A stretch of 64,000 nt of DNA from an uncultured beta proteobacterium. GTDB taxonomy: Bacteria > Pseudomonadota > Gammaproteobacteria > Burkholderiales > Burkholderiaceae_F. Both the position numbers and the translations under genes were made by a program. The notes beneath the pieces are model-generated. The model saw only the letters and a program-made list of their open reading frames with translations, was not told where the DNA came from and searched no databases. Where the stretch lies: NCBI GenBank assembly GCA_963754065.1, contig CAVWFH010000008.1, positions 152,670 through 216,669 of the forward strand, given 5' to 3'. Position 1 is the stretch's first letter; each line of letters begins with the position of its first letter. Positions 52,835 to 63,161 of the stretch are shown one piece after another.

Positions 52835-53186
52835 GTGTACGCATCGGCTTCGCCGATGCACGTGCACTTCGCCCGCTAGGATTTGTCGGCTCGCTCCGGA
52901 GCGGCCGCGCGCTCCACCGAAGTACAAAGGCGAGCACTCCACCCCGCGATGCTCCATGCAGTGCCAGGATTTCCCTTCCCTCCTCGCCGGGCGAGGAGGG
53001 TGCAGGGAGGAGTGCGTCATTCCCTCTCGCTTTGCGAGAGGGTTAGGGTGAATGCCGTGAACTTGTCAGTCGGCGGAGCGCGCGGCCGATCCGGAGTGGA
53101 GCCGACTGATCAGTGGTTGCGCTTCTCGCGCAGCGAGAGGTGTGCCGGAGCGAGTGCACGTGCATCGGCGCAGCCGATGCGTACAC
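52835..53186. repeat. 352-bp composite palindrome (MITE/REP-like element or structured leader) between maf and rng
   Basis: The terminal 33-nt arms GTGTACGCATCGGCTTCGCCGATGCACGTGCAC (52835-52867) and GTGCACGTGCATCGGCGCAGCCGATGCGTACAC (53154-53186) are reverse complements at 32/33 positions. Each arm contains its own 8-bp hairpin. A second, imperfect inner inverted repeat lies at about 52884-52920 and 53069-53106. Two related 9-bp-stem hairpins sit at the centre (CCCTCCTCG..CGAGGAGGG, CCCTCTCGC..GCGAGAGGG). Confidence 0.75.
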
Positions 53187-53194
53187 TGGCGACG

Positions 53195-53824
53195 CTACAA
53201 GACCTTGATTCCGGCTTGTTGCAGCAGCCGCGCGGTCTCGAAGAGCGGGAGGCCCATCACGCCGGTGTAGCTGCCTTCGATGCGTTCGACGAACACGGCG
53301 GCAAGGCCCTGGATGCCGTAGCCGCCGGCCTTGTCATAGGGCTCCGTGGTCGCGCAGTAGCGCTTGATCTCTTCGTCGTCGACTTTGCGGAACATCACGG
53401 TGGACACCGACGTGGCGGTCAGCAGCGGGCCCTGGATGGCCAGTGCAATGGCGGTGCGGACCTCGTGCGTGCGGCCGGAAAGACGGCGCATGAAGGCGGC
53501 GGCTTCCTCTGCATTGGCGGGCTTCGCCAGCACCTCGCCATCGACGATCACGACCGTATCGGCCGCCAGCACCGGACGGAAGATCATCGAGCGCATGCTC
53601 AGCACTTCGAGTCCGAAGCTGGCTTTCTCGCGTGCGGTGCGCTCGACATAGTCGGCCGGCGATTCGCCGCCATGCTGGGCCTCGTCGACATCGGGGCCAC
53701 GCGGGGTCGCCAGCCGCAACAGCAGCGGATCGAACTTCACGCCGATCTGCTTCAGCAATTCGCGTCGCCGTGGACTGCGTGAAGCCAGGTAGATGGGAGT
53801 AGCCATCGGACCGGGAATAGCCAT
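53195..53824 (-). CDS. maf: Maf-like nucleoside triphosphate pyrophosphatase (septum formation protein Maf)
   Basis: IYLASRSPRRRELLKQIG...VLAADTVV...GKP....A...L..LSGR.H.V.TA and a C-terminal AGGYGIQG. Start either 53824 (overlapping the rlmH stop) or 53806. Confidence 0.85.
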   Translation of the reverse strand: MAIPGPMATPIYLASRSPRRRELLKQIGVKFDPLLLRLATPRGPDVDEAQHGGESPADYVERTAREKASFGLEVLSMRSMIFRPVLAADTVVIVDGEVLAKPANAEEAAAFMRRLSGRTHEVRTAIALAIQGPLLTATSVSTVMFRKVDDEEIKRYCATTEPYDKAGGYGIQGLAAVFVERIEGSYTGVMGLPLFETARLLQQAGIKVL

Positions 53825-54297
53825 CAGGCGCGGTGGTACGGATGGCGAGCGAGGATGGACCAGGCTCGATAGAGTTGCTCGGCCAGCACGACGCGGGCCA
53901 GTGCATGCGGCAGGGTCAGGCTGGACAACTTCAGTTGCATGCGGGCTTCGCGCTTGAAGGCCTCGTCGAGGCCGTCCGGTCCGCCGATCACGAAGGCGAC
54001 CGATTCCGCACCGTCGCGCCAGCGCTGCAATTGGTCGGCGAGTTGCTGTGTGCTCCAGTCTTTGCCGCGTTCATCGAGCGCAACGACGGCGCTGCCAACC
54101 GGCAGTGCCGCGCGCAGCCGCTTCGCTTCGGCGGCGCGGCAGCGCTCGCCTTCGTCGGCGCGTCCGGTGCGGGCTTCTGCCTTCACTTCCTTGAGTTCCA
54201 CGCTGAAGTCCGCCGGAAAGCGGGCCAGATAGTCGTTTACCGCTGCGTCGGCCCAAGCCGGCTGCTTCTGCCCGATCGCCACGATCGAGATCCTCAT
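53824..54297 (-). CDS. rlmH: 23S rRNA (pseudouridine1915-N3)-methyltransferase
   Basis: 156-157 aa SPOUT protein: MRISIVAIGQK...YL.R......VELKEVK...LDERGK..ST..LA..L..W...G...V.FVIGGPDGL...LSLS.LT.PH...RV.L.EQLYRAW.I. Follows rsfS as usual. Confidence 0.9.
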   Translation of the reverse strand: MRISIVAIGQKQPAWADAAVNDYLARFPADFSVELKEVKAEARTGRADEGERCRAAEAKRLRAALPVGSAVVALDERGKDWSTQQLADQLQRWRDGAESVAFVIGGPDGLDEAFKREARMQLKLSSLTLPHALARVVLAEQLYRAWSILARHPYHRA

Positions 54298-54326
54298 TCG
54301 GCCGCCGCTGCCGTCGTCGGGGCCGC

Positions 54327-54728
54327 TCAGGCGGTCCGGCGCGCAGGCGCCTTGCGGCTCTTCTTACCCGCTATCGACGCCGGCGCGGAAGACTTGAGTC
54401 GCACGGATTTGTCGCCCCAGATCTCCTCGAGGTTGTAGTACGCGCGGATGGCCGGTTGCAGGACGTGCACGACCGCGTCGCCGCAATCGACCAGGACCCA
54501 TTCGCCGGTGTCTTCGCCCTCCATGCTGATGACGCTGCCGCCGGCGGCCTTGACCTTCTCGGCCACCGAGGAGGCGAGCGCGCGGGTCTGCCGGTTGGAA
54601 GTGCCGCTGGCGATGACGATGCGGTCGAACATGTCCGACAGATGCGTCGTGTTGAAGACCTTGATGTCCTGTCCCTTGACGTCCTCGAGCGCGTCGACGA
54701 TGACGCGCTGCAGCTTCCTAATGTCCAT
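54327..54728 (-). CDS. rsfS: Ribosome silencing factor RsfS (Iojap-like)
   Basis: VIVDALEDVKGQDIKVFNT..LSDMFDRIVIASGTSNRQTRALA..V....K.........EG...GEWVLVDCGDAVVHVLQP..R.YYNLEEIW. Confidence 0.9.
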   Translation of the reverse strand: MDIRKLQRVIVDALEDVKGQDIKVFNTTHLSDMFDRIVIASGTSNRQTRALASSVAEKVKAAGGSVISMEGEDTGEWVLVDCGDAVVHVLQPAIRAYYNLEEIWGDKSVRLKSSAPASIAGKKSRKAPARRTA

Positions 54729-55398
54729 GCCGTCCCGTGTAGAGGTGATGCGAGTGAATATAGTCGAGCACCGGCGGCGGGACCATCGCGGCCAACCGTG
54801 CCGCGTCAGCCGATGTCGCGGGCTGCGCGAGCAGGCGTCGCACTTCCGTGGCCGACGCGTCGACCGGTGTCATCGCGAGGTCGACGATGTGGCCGGCGGG
54901 GCTGTCCACGAGGTCTCCGGGGTACTTCAGGTAGCGCGCATCACGCAGCCGCTGCAGCGCGGGTCCAAGCGAGGGCACTGCGCCGGCGCGGCGCGCGATC
55001 GCCAGGTGAGCGAGTTCGGGGATGCGTTCCCATTCGCGCCAGGTCTCGAAGCGCTCGAACTGGTCCGCGCCCATGACGAGCACCAGCGGCGTGTCCGGGC
55101 CGACCAAGCCGCGCTGCTCGCGCAACGTGTCGATCGTGTAGGTCGGGCCGCCGCGCTCGATCTCGCTCAGGTTGAGCACCATGCGGCGGCGCGTGAACGG
55201 CAATTCGTTGTCGATCGCCAGTCGAATCATCTGCGCGCGCTGCAGCGCGTCGGTCATCTCTTCCTTCTGCCAGGGTTGGGCCGCCGGGATCAGATGGATC
55301 TCCGCGATCGGCAGATTGGCCAGCGCGTCGCGCGCAAGCTGCAGATGCCCGACGTGGATCGGGTCGAAGCTGCCTCCAAGGAGTCCGATCGGTTCGAT
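54718..55398 (-). CDS. nadD: Nicotinate-nucleotide adenylyltransferase; start codon unresolved
   Basis: My translation upstream of the track's Met (55257) gives the NadD N-terminus IGLLGGSFDPIHVGHLQLARDAL...IHLIPAAQPWQK in the same frame. That frame opens immediately after the hemF TAG (55402-55404) and has no ATG/GTG/TTG before the GGSFDPIH motif. Confidence 0.8.
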   Translation of the reverse strand: MEPIGLLGGSFDPIHVGHLQLARDALANLPIAEIHLIPAAQPWQKEEMTDALQRAQMIRLAIDNELPFTRRRMVLNLSEIERGGPTYTIDTLREQRGLVGPDTPLVLVMGADQFERFETWREWERIPELAHLAIARRAGAVPSLGPALQRLRDARYLKYPGDLVDSPAGHIVDLAMTPVDASATEVRRLLAQPATSADAARLAAMVPPPVLDYIHSHHLYTGRHGH

Positions 55399-55401
55399 GG
55401 T

Positions 55402-56295
55402 CTACACCCAATCGCGCGGCGCCAGGAAGTCCGTGTACAGCCGCGCCTCCGGACTGCCGGGCTCGGGATGCCAGTCGTACTTCCAGTGCACCACCGGTGG
55501 CAGCGACATCAGGATCGACTCGGTTCGGCCGCCCGACTGCAGGCCGAACAGCGTGCCGCGGTCGAACACGAGGTTGAACTCGACATAGCGTCCGCGTCGA
55601 TAGGCCTGGAACTCGCGCTCGCGCGGGCCGTAGTCGCGGTGGCGGTGGCGTTCGACGATCGGGACGTAGGCTTCGAGAAAGGCATCCCCGACCGCTCGCA
55701 TCAGAGCAAAGCTCGAATCAAAGCCGAGTTCATGAAAGTCGTCGAAGAACACGCCACCGATGCCGCGCGGTTCGTTGCGGTGCTTCAGGAAGAAGTATTC
55801 GTCGCACCATTTCTTGAAGCGCGGGTGCTTGTCTGCACCGAACGGCATCAGTGCCTTCTGGCAGGTCGCGTGGAAGTGTCTCGCGTCTTCTTCGGTCGCA
55901 TAGTAGGGCGTCAGATCCATACCCCCGCCGAACCAGTAGACGTCGGATTCGCCGGCCTTCTTCGCAATGAAGAACCGCACGTTCATGTGCACGGTTGGCA
56001 CAAAAGGATTGCGCGGATGAAAGACCAGCGACACGCCCATCGCCTCGAAGCCTCGCCCTGAGAGTTCGGGGCGCTGTGCGGTCGCCGAGGGTGGAAGCGT
56101 TGTGCCGACCACGTGCGAGAAACCGACGCCGCCGCGCTCGAGCAGGTTGCCGTCCTCGATGATGCGCGTGAGTCCGCCGCCACCGAGCGGGGCGCCGGCC
56201 GGCTTCTCCCAGGTGTCGGCGAGGAAGGGCTTGCCGTCGAGATTTTCGAAGGTGCCGACGATGCGCTGCTGGAGCCCCAGCAGGTACTCGCGCAC
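55402..56295 (-). CDS. hemF: Oxygen-dependent coproporphyrinogen III oxidase
   Basis: Typical HemF blocks: [66 protein letters not shown] start at 56295. An out-of-frame ATG at 56329 would supply 11 more plausible residues if one base were removed. Confidence 0.9.
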   Translation of the reverse strand: MREYLLGLQQRIVGTFENLDGKPFLADTWEKPAGAPLGGGGLTRIIEDGNLLERGGVGFSHVVGTTLPPSATAQRPELSGRGFEAMGVSLVFHPRNPFVPTVHMNVRFFIAKKAGESDVYWFGGGMDLTPYYATEEDARHFHATCQKALMPFGADKHPRFKKWCDEYFFLKHRNEPRGIGGVFFDDFHELGFDSSFALMRAVGDAFLEAYVPIVERHRHRDYGPREREFQAYRRGRYVEFNLVFDRGTLFGLQSGGRTESILMSLPPVVHWKYDWHPEPGSPEARLYTDFLAPRDWV

Positions 56296-56335
56296 CGACT
56301 GCGAATCGACGAACTCGGGCGTCGACCATGCGCGC

Positions 56336-58336
56336 TCATGCCGCCTTCAAGTGCCGGCCGATGAAGCCGAGCACTGTGTCGTACCAGGCGACGATGTTGC
56401 GCGGCTTCAGGATCCAGTGGTTCTCGTCCGGGAAGATCAGCAGTTCGCTCGGCACGCCGTGGTACTGCAGAGCTTCGAAGAGATTGAGGCCCTCGCTGAT
56501 CGGGCAGCGGTAGTCGAGCTCGCCGTGGATGATCAGTGCCGGTGTCTTCCACTGCTTGACGTGGCGGATCGGCGCATAGCGGTCGAATGCGGCCTGGTCG
56601 GCGTACGGATCTTCGCCGCCCATTTCCAGGTACCACCAGGCCGGATGGTCGGTCGTGCCGGTGAATTGCGCCATCGTCGTCACACAAGCATGCGTGATCA
56701 GGCACTTGAAGCGCTGGGTCTGTGTGCCGATCCAGTTGGTCATGTAACCACCGAAGCTGCCGCCCATCGCCATCACGCGTTGCGGATCGACGTCCGGGCG
56801 CTTTTCCACGGCGTCGGTCACGGCCATCAGGTCTTCGTAACACTGCTTGCCCCAGACGTTGCCCCAGATGCCCTGCACGAAGTCCTGGCCGAAGCCGGTC
56901 GAGCCACGCGGGTTCGGCTGCACGACGGCGTAGCCCGCTGCGACGGCCAGCAGGGGATTCCAGCGCCAGTGCCAGGCGTCGGACGACATGCCGATCGGGC
57001 CGCCGTGGATCCACAGCAGCGTCGGCATCTTGCCCTGCGCCTTCGCTGGTCGGGTCACGAAGTACTGGATCGATGCACCGTCGGTCGACGTCGCGGTGCA
57101 GTGCTCGACTTCGACCCAGTCGGGGAAGGCGAACCCGGACAGGCGCGCCAGAACCTGCGGTGGCGATCCGGGCTGGTTCGTGACGGCAAACGCCTCAGGT
57201 GGCTCACGAAAGGTCGAACGGATACCGACGATGCGGCCGTCCTTCAGGACTTGTATATCGCTGTGCGCGCCGCCGCTGCGCGCCACCGTGATGCGATCGA
57301 CCTTGTCACTGGCAACATCGAGCGTGAACACGGGCACCTGACCGTCCAGATCGCAGGTGAACACGATTTGTTTTCCGTCGGCCGTCCAGGCGCCGGGATG
57401 AGGCCACGCGTCGAACGCCTTGCCGAGTTCGCGCATCGACCCGGTGGCTACATCGATCAGCGTCAGTGTCGGTCGCATCGCCGTCGTCGAAGAGCGCGTC
57501 GAGCGCACCACCGCCAGCGTGCTGCCGTCGGGCGACAGCAGCGGCACCTCGTTGTTCGTGTTGGTCGCGGCGCCGAGCGTTCGCGCTGACTTCGTCGAAA
57601 TGTCGATCAGACGGATCGCGGTGTCGATTTCCCGATCCTGTCCGGGCGTCTGCCACGTGACGGCGACCCGCGTGCCATCCGAAGAAACGTCCAGCGCCGG
57701 TTCGATCGACAGTTCGCGCTTCGCTTCCGGCGTCAGGTCGACGCGGCCGGTCCCGTCGGCCGCGTACGCAATCAGGTGCGTGTCGGCCATGTTGTCGTTC
57801 TGGTGCAGCCAGTGGTCCCAGTGGCGCACCGGCTGATGCCGGAAGTGGCGTGCGCTGGTGTGCTTCTTGCGACGCTCGCTCGCTGTCTCGCGCTGCTTGT
57901 CGTGTTCGACGTCCGGCAGTACCGGCGCAAACAGCGCCAGCACGGCCGCGCTCTTCGCGAAGTGGAAGGACTCGACTCCGAGCGGCTCGTCGGTCAGTTG
58001 CTGCGGCTCGCCGCCTCCGGCCGGCAGGATCCACACCTGCATGCGCTTTTCCGCGTCTTCGTCCGGCTTGATTTCGGTTGGCTGACGATTGGACAGGAAC
58101 CCGAGCGCGCCGTCATGGCGGAAGCCCGGGGCTGCATCCTTGCTGTCGCCGCGTGTCAGTTGCGTCGGCGCGGTGCCGTCAGTAGGAACTTTCCATAGAT
58201 CGGAGACGTACTTCGCGCCGTCTCGGTCGAGGCGTTGCACGGCCACCGCCAACCACGTTCCATCAGGGGAGGGTGCGATCGACGAAACGCGTTTCAGCGC
58301 AACGTGTTGTTCAACGGTATAGGGAGCGGCACTCAT
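56336..58336 (-). CDS. S9-family serine peptidase (prolyl oligopeptidase / acylaminoacyl-peptidase type), 666 aa
   Basis: N-terminal beta-propeller-like region and a C-terminal alpha/beta hydrolase with the nucleophile motif GGSFGGYM, later Asp/His blocks ([18 protein letters not shown]). Confidence 0.9.
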   Translation of the reverse strand: MSAAPYTVEQHVALKRVSSIAPSPDGTWLAVAVQRLDRDGAKYVSDLWKVPTDGTAPTQLTRGDSKDAAPGFRHDGALGFLSNRQPTEIKPDEDAEKRMQVWILPAGGGEPQQLTDEPLGVESFHFAKSAAVLALFAPVLPDVEHDKQRETASERRKKHTSARHFRHQPVRHWDHWLHQNDNMADTHLIAYAADGTGRVDLTPEAKRELSIEPALDVSSDGTRVAVTWQTPGQDREIDTAIRLIDISTKSARTLGAATNTNNEVPLLSPDGSTLAVVRSTRSSTTAMRPTLTLIDVATGSMRELGKAFDAWPHPGAWTADGKQIVFTCDLDGQVPVFTLDVASDKVDRITVARSGGAHSDIQVLKDGRIVGIRSTFREPPEAFAVTNQPGSPPQVLARLSGFAFPDWVEVEHCTATSTDGASIQYFVTRPAKAQGKMPTLLWIHGGPIGMSSDAWHWRWNPLLAVAAGYAVVQPNPRGSTGFGQDFVQGIWGNVWGKQCYEDLMAVTDAVEKRPDVDPQRVMAMGGSFGGYMTNWIGTQTQRFKCLITHACVTTMAQFTGTTDHPAWWYLEMGGEDPYADQAAFDRYAPIRHVKQWKTPALIIHGELDYRCPISEGLNLFEALQYHGVPSELLIFPDENHWILKPRNIVAWYDTVLGFIGRHLKAA

Positions 58337-58453
58337 GGGTCGGTCAGGTCCGGGATCTGGGTAGCCGAAAAGTCGGTCATTGTGGACGAAAGCCCGAGGC
58401 CGGGCACAGGTTCAGCCCGCAGAAAAGGAATCGGCAAGGGAGGCAATCGCGGG

Positions 58454-59732
58454 CTAAAGGGTTCGGGGCCGCAGCGCCCGATGACCGATGTCGCGGCGGA
58501 ACTGCATGCCGTCGAACTCGACCTTCTCGACGGCATCGTAGGCGGACTTCTGCGCTGCTCTAACGGTGTCTCCAAGCGCGGTCACGCACAGGACCCGGCC
58601 GCCGCTGGTAACGAGCTGCTCACCGCTGAGTGCTGTGCCAGCATGAAAGGTGACGCAGTCATCGCGATCCTCAGGCAACCGGGCGATCGCGTCGCCCTTG
58701 CGCGGTGCATCGGGATAGCCTGCCGCCGCCACGACGACGCCGAGTGCAGTGCGTCGATCCCATTCGGCCTCGACCTGGTCGAGTCGTCCATCGATCGCCG
58801 CGTCGAGCAGCACGGTGAAATCCGTTTTCAACCGCGCCATGATCGGCTGAGTTTCAGGATCACCCATGCGGCAGTTGAACTCGAGCGTGCGGGCCTGGCC
58901 ATGGCTGTCGATCATCAGGCCGGCATACAGGAACCCGGTGTACGGAATGCCGTCGGCGGCCATTCCCTGGATCGTCGGCAGGATGATCTCGCGCATCACC
59001 CGCGCATGGATTGTCGGCGTCACGATCGGCGCGGGCGAATAGGCGCCCATGCCGCCGGTGTTCGGGCCGAGGTCGCCGTCGAGCAGCCGCTTGTGATCCT
59101 GGCTGGTGGCGAGCGCCAGTGCATTGCGGCCATCGCTCATCACGATGAAGCTCGCTTCCTCGCCCAGCAGGAAATCCTCGACGACCACCCGAGCGCCACT
59201 TTGTCCGAGCGTATTGCCGATCAGCATCGAGTCGATGGCCGCTTCGGCTTCGGCGACGGTGCCGGCAACGACGACGCCCTTGCCGGCTGCCAGTCCGTCG
59301 GCCTTGACCACGATCGGCGCGCCGCGCAGTCGCACGTAGGCCCGCGCTTCAGCGGCATCGGTGAAGGTCTGGTACTCGGCGGTCGGGATGCCGTGGCGCT
59401 GCATGAAGGACTTGGCGAAGTCCTTCGAGCTCTCAAGCTGTGCGGCCGCACGCGTCGGGCCGAAGACGCGCAGTCCATGCAGACCGGAACACGTCGACGA
59501 TGCCGCTGGCCAGGGGTGCTTCGGGGCCGACCACCGTCAGTGCAATGTCTTCGGACTTCACGAAGGCCGCCAGCGACTCGTGGCTGTCGTGCGGAACGTT
59601 GCGCAGGTGCCGGTCGCGTGCGGTGCCACCGTTGCCCGGCGCAACGTAGACACGCTGCACGCGCGGTGACTGCGCCAGCCGCCATGCCAGCGCGTGCTCG
59701 CGGCCTCCGCCGCCGACGACCAGGACCTTCAT
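58454..59732 (-). pseudogene. purD: Phosphoribosylamine--glycine ligase; frameshifted as sequenced
   Basis: The N-terminus MKVLVVGGGGREHALAWRLAQSP...VVGPEAPLASGIVDVF is in ORF 59433-59732. The continuation GLRVFGPTRAAAQLESSKDFAKSFMQRHGIPTAEY... is in the 58454-59404 frame. The reading is restored if one base near 59477 (within TCCATGC) is removed. Span length is 3n+1. Confidence 0.85.
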
Positions 59733-59754
59733 CGCCGTGGACCCCGGTTCTCGC

Positions 59755-60480
59755 TCATTCCTCGAGCGCGGCCGTGCTGTAAACCTGCTGCACGTCGTCG
59801 AGATCGTCGAGCGCGTCGATCAGCCGCTGCATCTTCAGCGCATCGTCGCCGGTCAGCACGGTCTCGGCGAGTGGTTTCATCGTCACCTCGGCGATCTCGG
59901 GCTTCAGCCCCGACTTGTCCAGCGCCTCGCGCACGGCCTCGAAGTCAGCCGGTGCCGTGATCACCTCGATCGTGCCGTCGTCGTTGCTGACCACGTCCTC
60001 GGCGCCGGCCTCGAGCGCGGCGTCCATCACTTTCTCTTCGGACGTGCCCGGCGCAAACACGAGCTGGCCGCAATGCTTGAAGTTGAACGCCACCGAACCG
60101 TCCGTCCCGAGATTGCCGCCATTCTTGGACAGCGCGTGGCGCACCTCGGCGACGGTCCGGGTGCGGTTGTCGGTCATGCAATCGATCATCAGGGCTGCGC
60201 CGCCGATGCCGTAGCCCTCGTAGCGGATTTCCTCGTAGCTCGCGCCTTCCAGCTTGCCGGCGCCGCGCTGGATCGCACTGGTGAGCTTGTCCTTGGGGAC
60301 ATTGCCGAGCCGCGCCTTGTCGAGCGCGAGCCGCAGGCGTGGGTTCATCGCCGGGTCGGGCCCGCCGTCGCGCGAGGCGACCGTGACTTCGCGAATGATC
60401 TTGGTCCAAAGCGAACCGCGCTTGTTGTCCTGGCGGTTCTTGCGGTGCTGGATGTTGGCCCATTTGGAATGGCCGGCCAT
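59755..60480 (-). CDS. yebC: YebC/PmpR-family DNA-binding transcriptional regulator
   Basis: [40 protein letters not shown], a hallmark N-terminus. 241 aa. Confidence 0.9.
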   Translation of the reverse strand: MAGHSKWANIQHRKNRQDNKRGSLWTKIIREVTVASRDGGPDPAMNPRLRLALDKARLGNVPKDKLTSAIQRGAGKLEGASYEEIRYEGYGIGGAALMIDCMTDNRTRTVAEVRHALSKNGGNLGTDGSVAFNFKHCGQLVFAPGTSEEKVMDAALEAGAEDVVSNDDGTIEVITAPADFEAVREALDKSGLKPEIAEVTMKPLAETVLTGDDALKMQRLIDALDDLDDVQQVYSTAALEE

Positions 60481-60607
60481 GGTGCTGCTTTCGCGGTGAA
60501 ATCGGGTGAATCGGAAGGACCGGGAGTCTAGCGGACGGCTGACCCCCCGCGCCCGCGGCCGCCGACTGCATTGGCTAGACTCTGCCCGGCTTCAAGGGGA
60601 GAAGAGC

Positions 60608-62137
60608 ATGTCCGATCCGCTGATCATTGCAATGACAGGCCAGACCGAGCTGGCGTTGCTGCCGGCACTCGCGAATCGGCATGGGTGCATCACCGGCGCG
60701 ACCGGCACCGGCAAGACGGTCACGCTGCAGAAGCTGGCGGAGAGCTTCTCGCGCATCGGTGTGCCGGTGTTCATGGCCGACGTGAAGGGCGACCTGACCG
60801 GGATCGCCAAGGCCGGTGCGCTCAGCGACAAGATGAAGGCACGGCTGCAGGAGCATGGCCTGCCTGAGCCGCGGTGGGACGCCTGTCCGGTGACGTTCTG
60901 GGACGTCTGGGGCGAGCAGGGCCATCCCGTTCGCGCCACCGTGTCCGACATGGGACCGCTGCTGCTTTCGCGCCTGCTGGGGCTGAACGAGACGCAGGAG
61001 GGCGTGCTCGCCATTGTCTTCAAAGTCGCCGACGACAACGGCCTGCTGCTGCTCGACCTCAAGGACCTGCGCGCGATGGTGCAGTTCATCGGCGACAACG
61101 CGGCCAAGATCAAGACGGAGTACGGCAACGTGTCGTCGGCTTCGATCGGGGCGATCCAGCGCGGCCTGCTGCAGATCGAGGAGCAGGGCGGTGACCGGTT
61201 CTTCGGCGAGCCGATGCTCGACATCGCTGACCTGATGCAGACGGTCGACGGCAAGGGTGTGGTGAACATCCTCGCGGCCGACAAGCTGATGAACTCGCCG
61301 CGCCTGTACTCGACCTTCCTGCTGTGGCTGCTGTCTGAACTCTTCGAGAACCTGCCCGAGGTGGGGGACCGCGACAAGCCGAAGCTCGTGTTCTTCTTCG
61401 ACGAGGCGCACCTGCTTTTTTCGGAGGCGCCGCCGGCGCTGCTGGAAAAGGTCGAACAGGTGGTGCGATTGATCCGCTCCAAGGGTGTGGGTGTCTTCTT
61501 TGTCACGCAGAACCCGCTCGACATACCGGAGAAAGTGCTGGGCCAGCTCGGCAATCGAGTCCAGCACGCATTGCGTGCCTTCACGCCACGCGACCAGAAG
61601 GCGGTCAAGTCGGTGGCCGAGACGATGCGCGCGAACCCCAAGATCGACGCGACGAAGGCGATCACCGAACTCGGCGTTGGCGAAGCGCTGGTGTCGCTGC
61701 TGGATGCGAAGGGCACGCCCGGGATCACCGAGCGCGCGTGGGTGCTGGCGCCGGGATCGCAACTCGGGCCGATCACACCCGACGATCGCAAGCGGCTGAT
61801 CGCCGGCTCCGTGGTGGGCAGCACGTACGAGAAGACTGTCGATCGTGAATCGGCGCACGAGCAGCTCAAGGCCCGCGCAGGGGGCGGCGAGACGCTGCCC
61901 ACTGGAAAGGACGCCGCGGAAGCGGCAACCCCGGGACAACCGGCGGGCGGCGGCCTGATGGGAAGCCTGGGTGATCTGCTGTTCGGCTCGACCGGGCCGC
62001 GCGGTGGCCGGCGCGAAGGCGTGGTCGAAGCCGCCGCGAAGAGCGCTGCGCGATCCGTGGGTTCATCTCTGGCGCGCGAAATCACGCGTGGCGTGCTCGG
62101 CGGCCTGCTCGGCGGTTCGACTCGCAAGCGGCGCTGA
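60608..62137 (+). CDS. DUF853 / HerA-like P-loop ATPase (YjgR family)
   Basis: [20 protein letters not shown] (Walker A), [13 protein letters not shown] (Walker B) and [14 protein letters not shown] at 60608 chosen. Confidence 0.8.
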   Translation: MSDPLIIAMTGQTELALLPALANRHGCITGATGTGKTVTLQKLAESFSRIGVPVFMADVKGDLTGIAKAGALSDKMKARLQEHGLPEPRWDACPVTFWDVWGEQGHPVRATVSDMGPLLLSRLLGLNETQEGVLAIVFKVADDNGLLLLDLKDLRAMVQFIGDNAAKIKTEYGNVSSASIGAIQRGLLQIEEQGGDRFFGEPMLDIADLMQTVDGKGVVNILAADKLMNSPRLYSTFLLWLLSELFENLPEVGDRDKPKLVFFFDEAHLLFSEAPPALLEKVEQVVRLIRSKGVGVFFVTQNPLDIPEKVLGQLGNRVQHALRAFTPRDQKAVKSVAETMRANPKIDATKAITELGVGEALVSLLDAKGTPGITERAWVLAPGSQLGPITPDDRKRLIAGSVVGSTYEKTVDRESAHEQLKARAGGGETLPTGKDAAEAATPGQPAGGGLMGSLGDLLFGSTGPRGGRREGVVEAAAKSAARSVGSSLAREITRGVLGGLLGGSTRKRR

Positions 62138-62167
62138 ACCAGCGTTTCGAACCTTGAGCGTTGGCAG

Positions 62168-62620
62168 GTGATCGACTGGTCCATGCTCGAAGCCTGGCCG
62201 CTCGCGGAGGCGATTCGCCGATCCGTCTGGGCCTATCCGGTGCTCGAGACACTGCACATCGGGGCCTTTGCAACCTTGGTGGGCAGTCTGCTGGTCCTGG
62301 AGCTGCGCGTCTTCGGTGCGCAGCCGGCGCTTTCGCTGACCGCGCTGGCGCGACTGGCCGTGCGTGCCGCGCTGGCCGGTTTCACATTCGCGGTGCTGAG
62401 CGGGTCGCTGCTCTTTGTCTCGGGCGCGGCGGAATTCGCCGCCAATCCCGCATTCCAGGTCAAATTGGTGTTGATCCTGATGGCCGGTGCCAACGCGCTG
62501 GTGTTCCATGCGCGGGACTCGTTGCGACGGCACGATGGCGGCGCGCGCCTTCAGGCAGGGCTGTCGCTCCTGCTGTGGTTTGGCGTGATCGCGGCCGGTC
62601 GGCTGATTGCCTATGTTTAG
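62168..62620 (+). CDS. Hypothetical integral membrane protein, 150 aa
   Basis: Four predicted hydrophobic helices (LHIGAFATLVGSLLVL, LAVRAALAGFTFAVLSGSLLFV, FQVKLVLILMAGANALVF, LSLLLWFGVIAAGRLIAY). Family not recognised. Confidence 0.55.
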   Translation: MIDWSMLEAWPLAEAIRRSVWAYPVLETLHIGAFATLVGSLLVLELRVFGAQPALSLTALARLAVRAALAGFTFAVLSGSLLFVSGAAEFAANPAFQVKLVLILMAGANALVFHARDSLRRHDGGARLQAGLSLLLWFGVIAAGRLIAYV

Positions 62621-62654
62621 TACCGGGTGGGTAAACCTTGAGCGGAGTACTCGC

Positions 62655-63122
62655 ATGAATCATCGTCGCCGTCTCGTCATCGTCGGGCTCGCACTGGCTT
62701 GCGCGCCGGTTCTCGCGCATCACGGGTGGTCGAGTTTCGATCAGGACAAGCCGCTGTTTCTCTCCGGCACGGTCAAGTCCGTACGCTGGCAGAACCCGCA
62801 TGTCGAGTTCGTACTGTCTGTCGCACCCGGGATGGCGAAGCCTGCCGATCTGGCGAGCCGGAAGGCGCCGGCACAAAGCCAGTCGGTCGACGGCAGCGCC
62901 ATTCTCGGAAAGGCCGCCGTGCCGGCCCAGCCCGCCGGCGACTGGGAGATCGAGCTTGCGCCGCTGTCACGAGTTTCCGCATGGGGCGTGGCCGAACTGA
63001 AACCCGGCGAGCGCGTGGAAGTCGTCGGCTACGCATTGGCCAGTGGAGAAAAGCGAGTGCTGCGGGTCGAGTACCTGTTCGCCCAGGGCAAGTCCTTCGG
63101 CATGCGATCGAGCCCGCAATAG
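62655..63122 (+). CDS. Small secreted protein (DUF6152-like)
   Basis: Signal peptide MNHRRRLVIVGLALACAPVLA followed by HHGWSSFD...GTVKSVRWQNPHVEF, a pattern I associate with DUF6152. The assignment is tentative. Confidence 0.5.
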   Translation: MNHRRRLVIVGLALACAPVLAHHGWSSFDQDKPLFLSGTVKSVRWQNPHVEFVLSVAPGMAKPADLASRKAPAQSQSVDGSAILGKAAVPAQPAGDWEIELAPLSRVSAWGVAELKPGERVEVVGYALASGEKRVLRVEYLFAQGKSFGMRSSPQ

Positions 63123-63161
63123 CAGAGGAATGGCGCGCCGCCTGACCGCGGCGCTTCCGCT

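Noticed and set aside
52826-53020. 65-codon upstream extension of rng (track start at 53020).
   Set aside because: The extension runs through the palindromic element. RNase G homology starts exactly at MEDILINITPQE (ATG at 52825).
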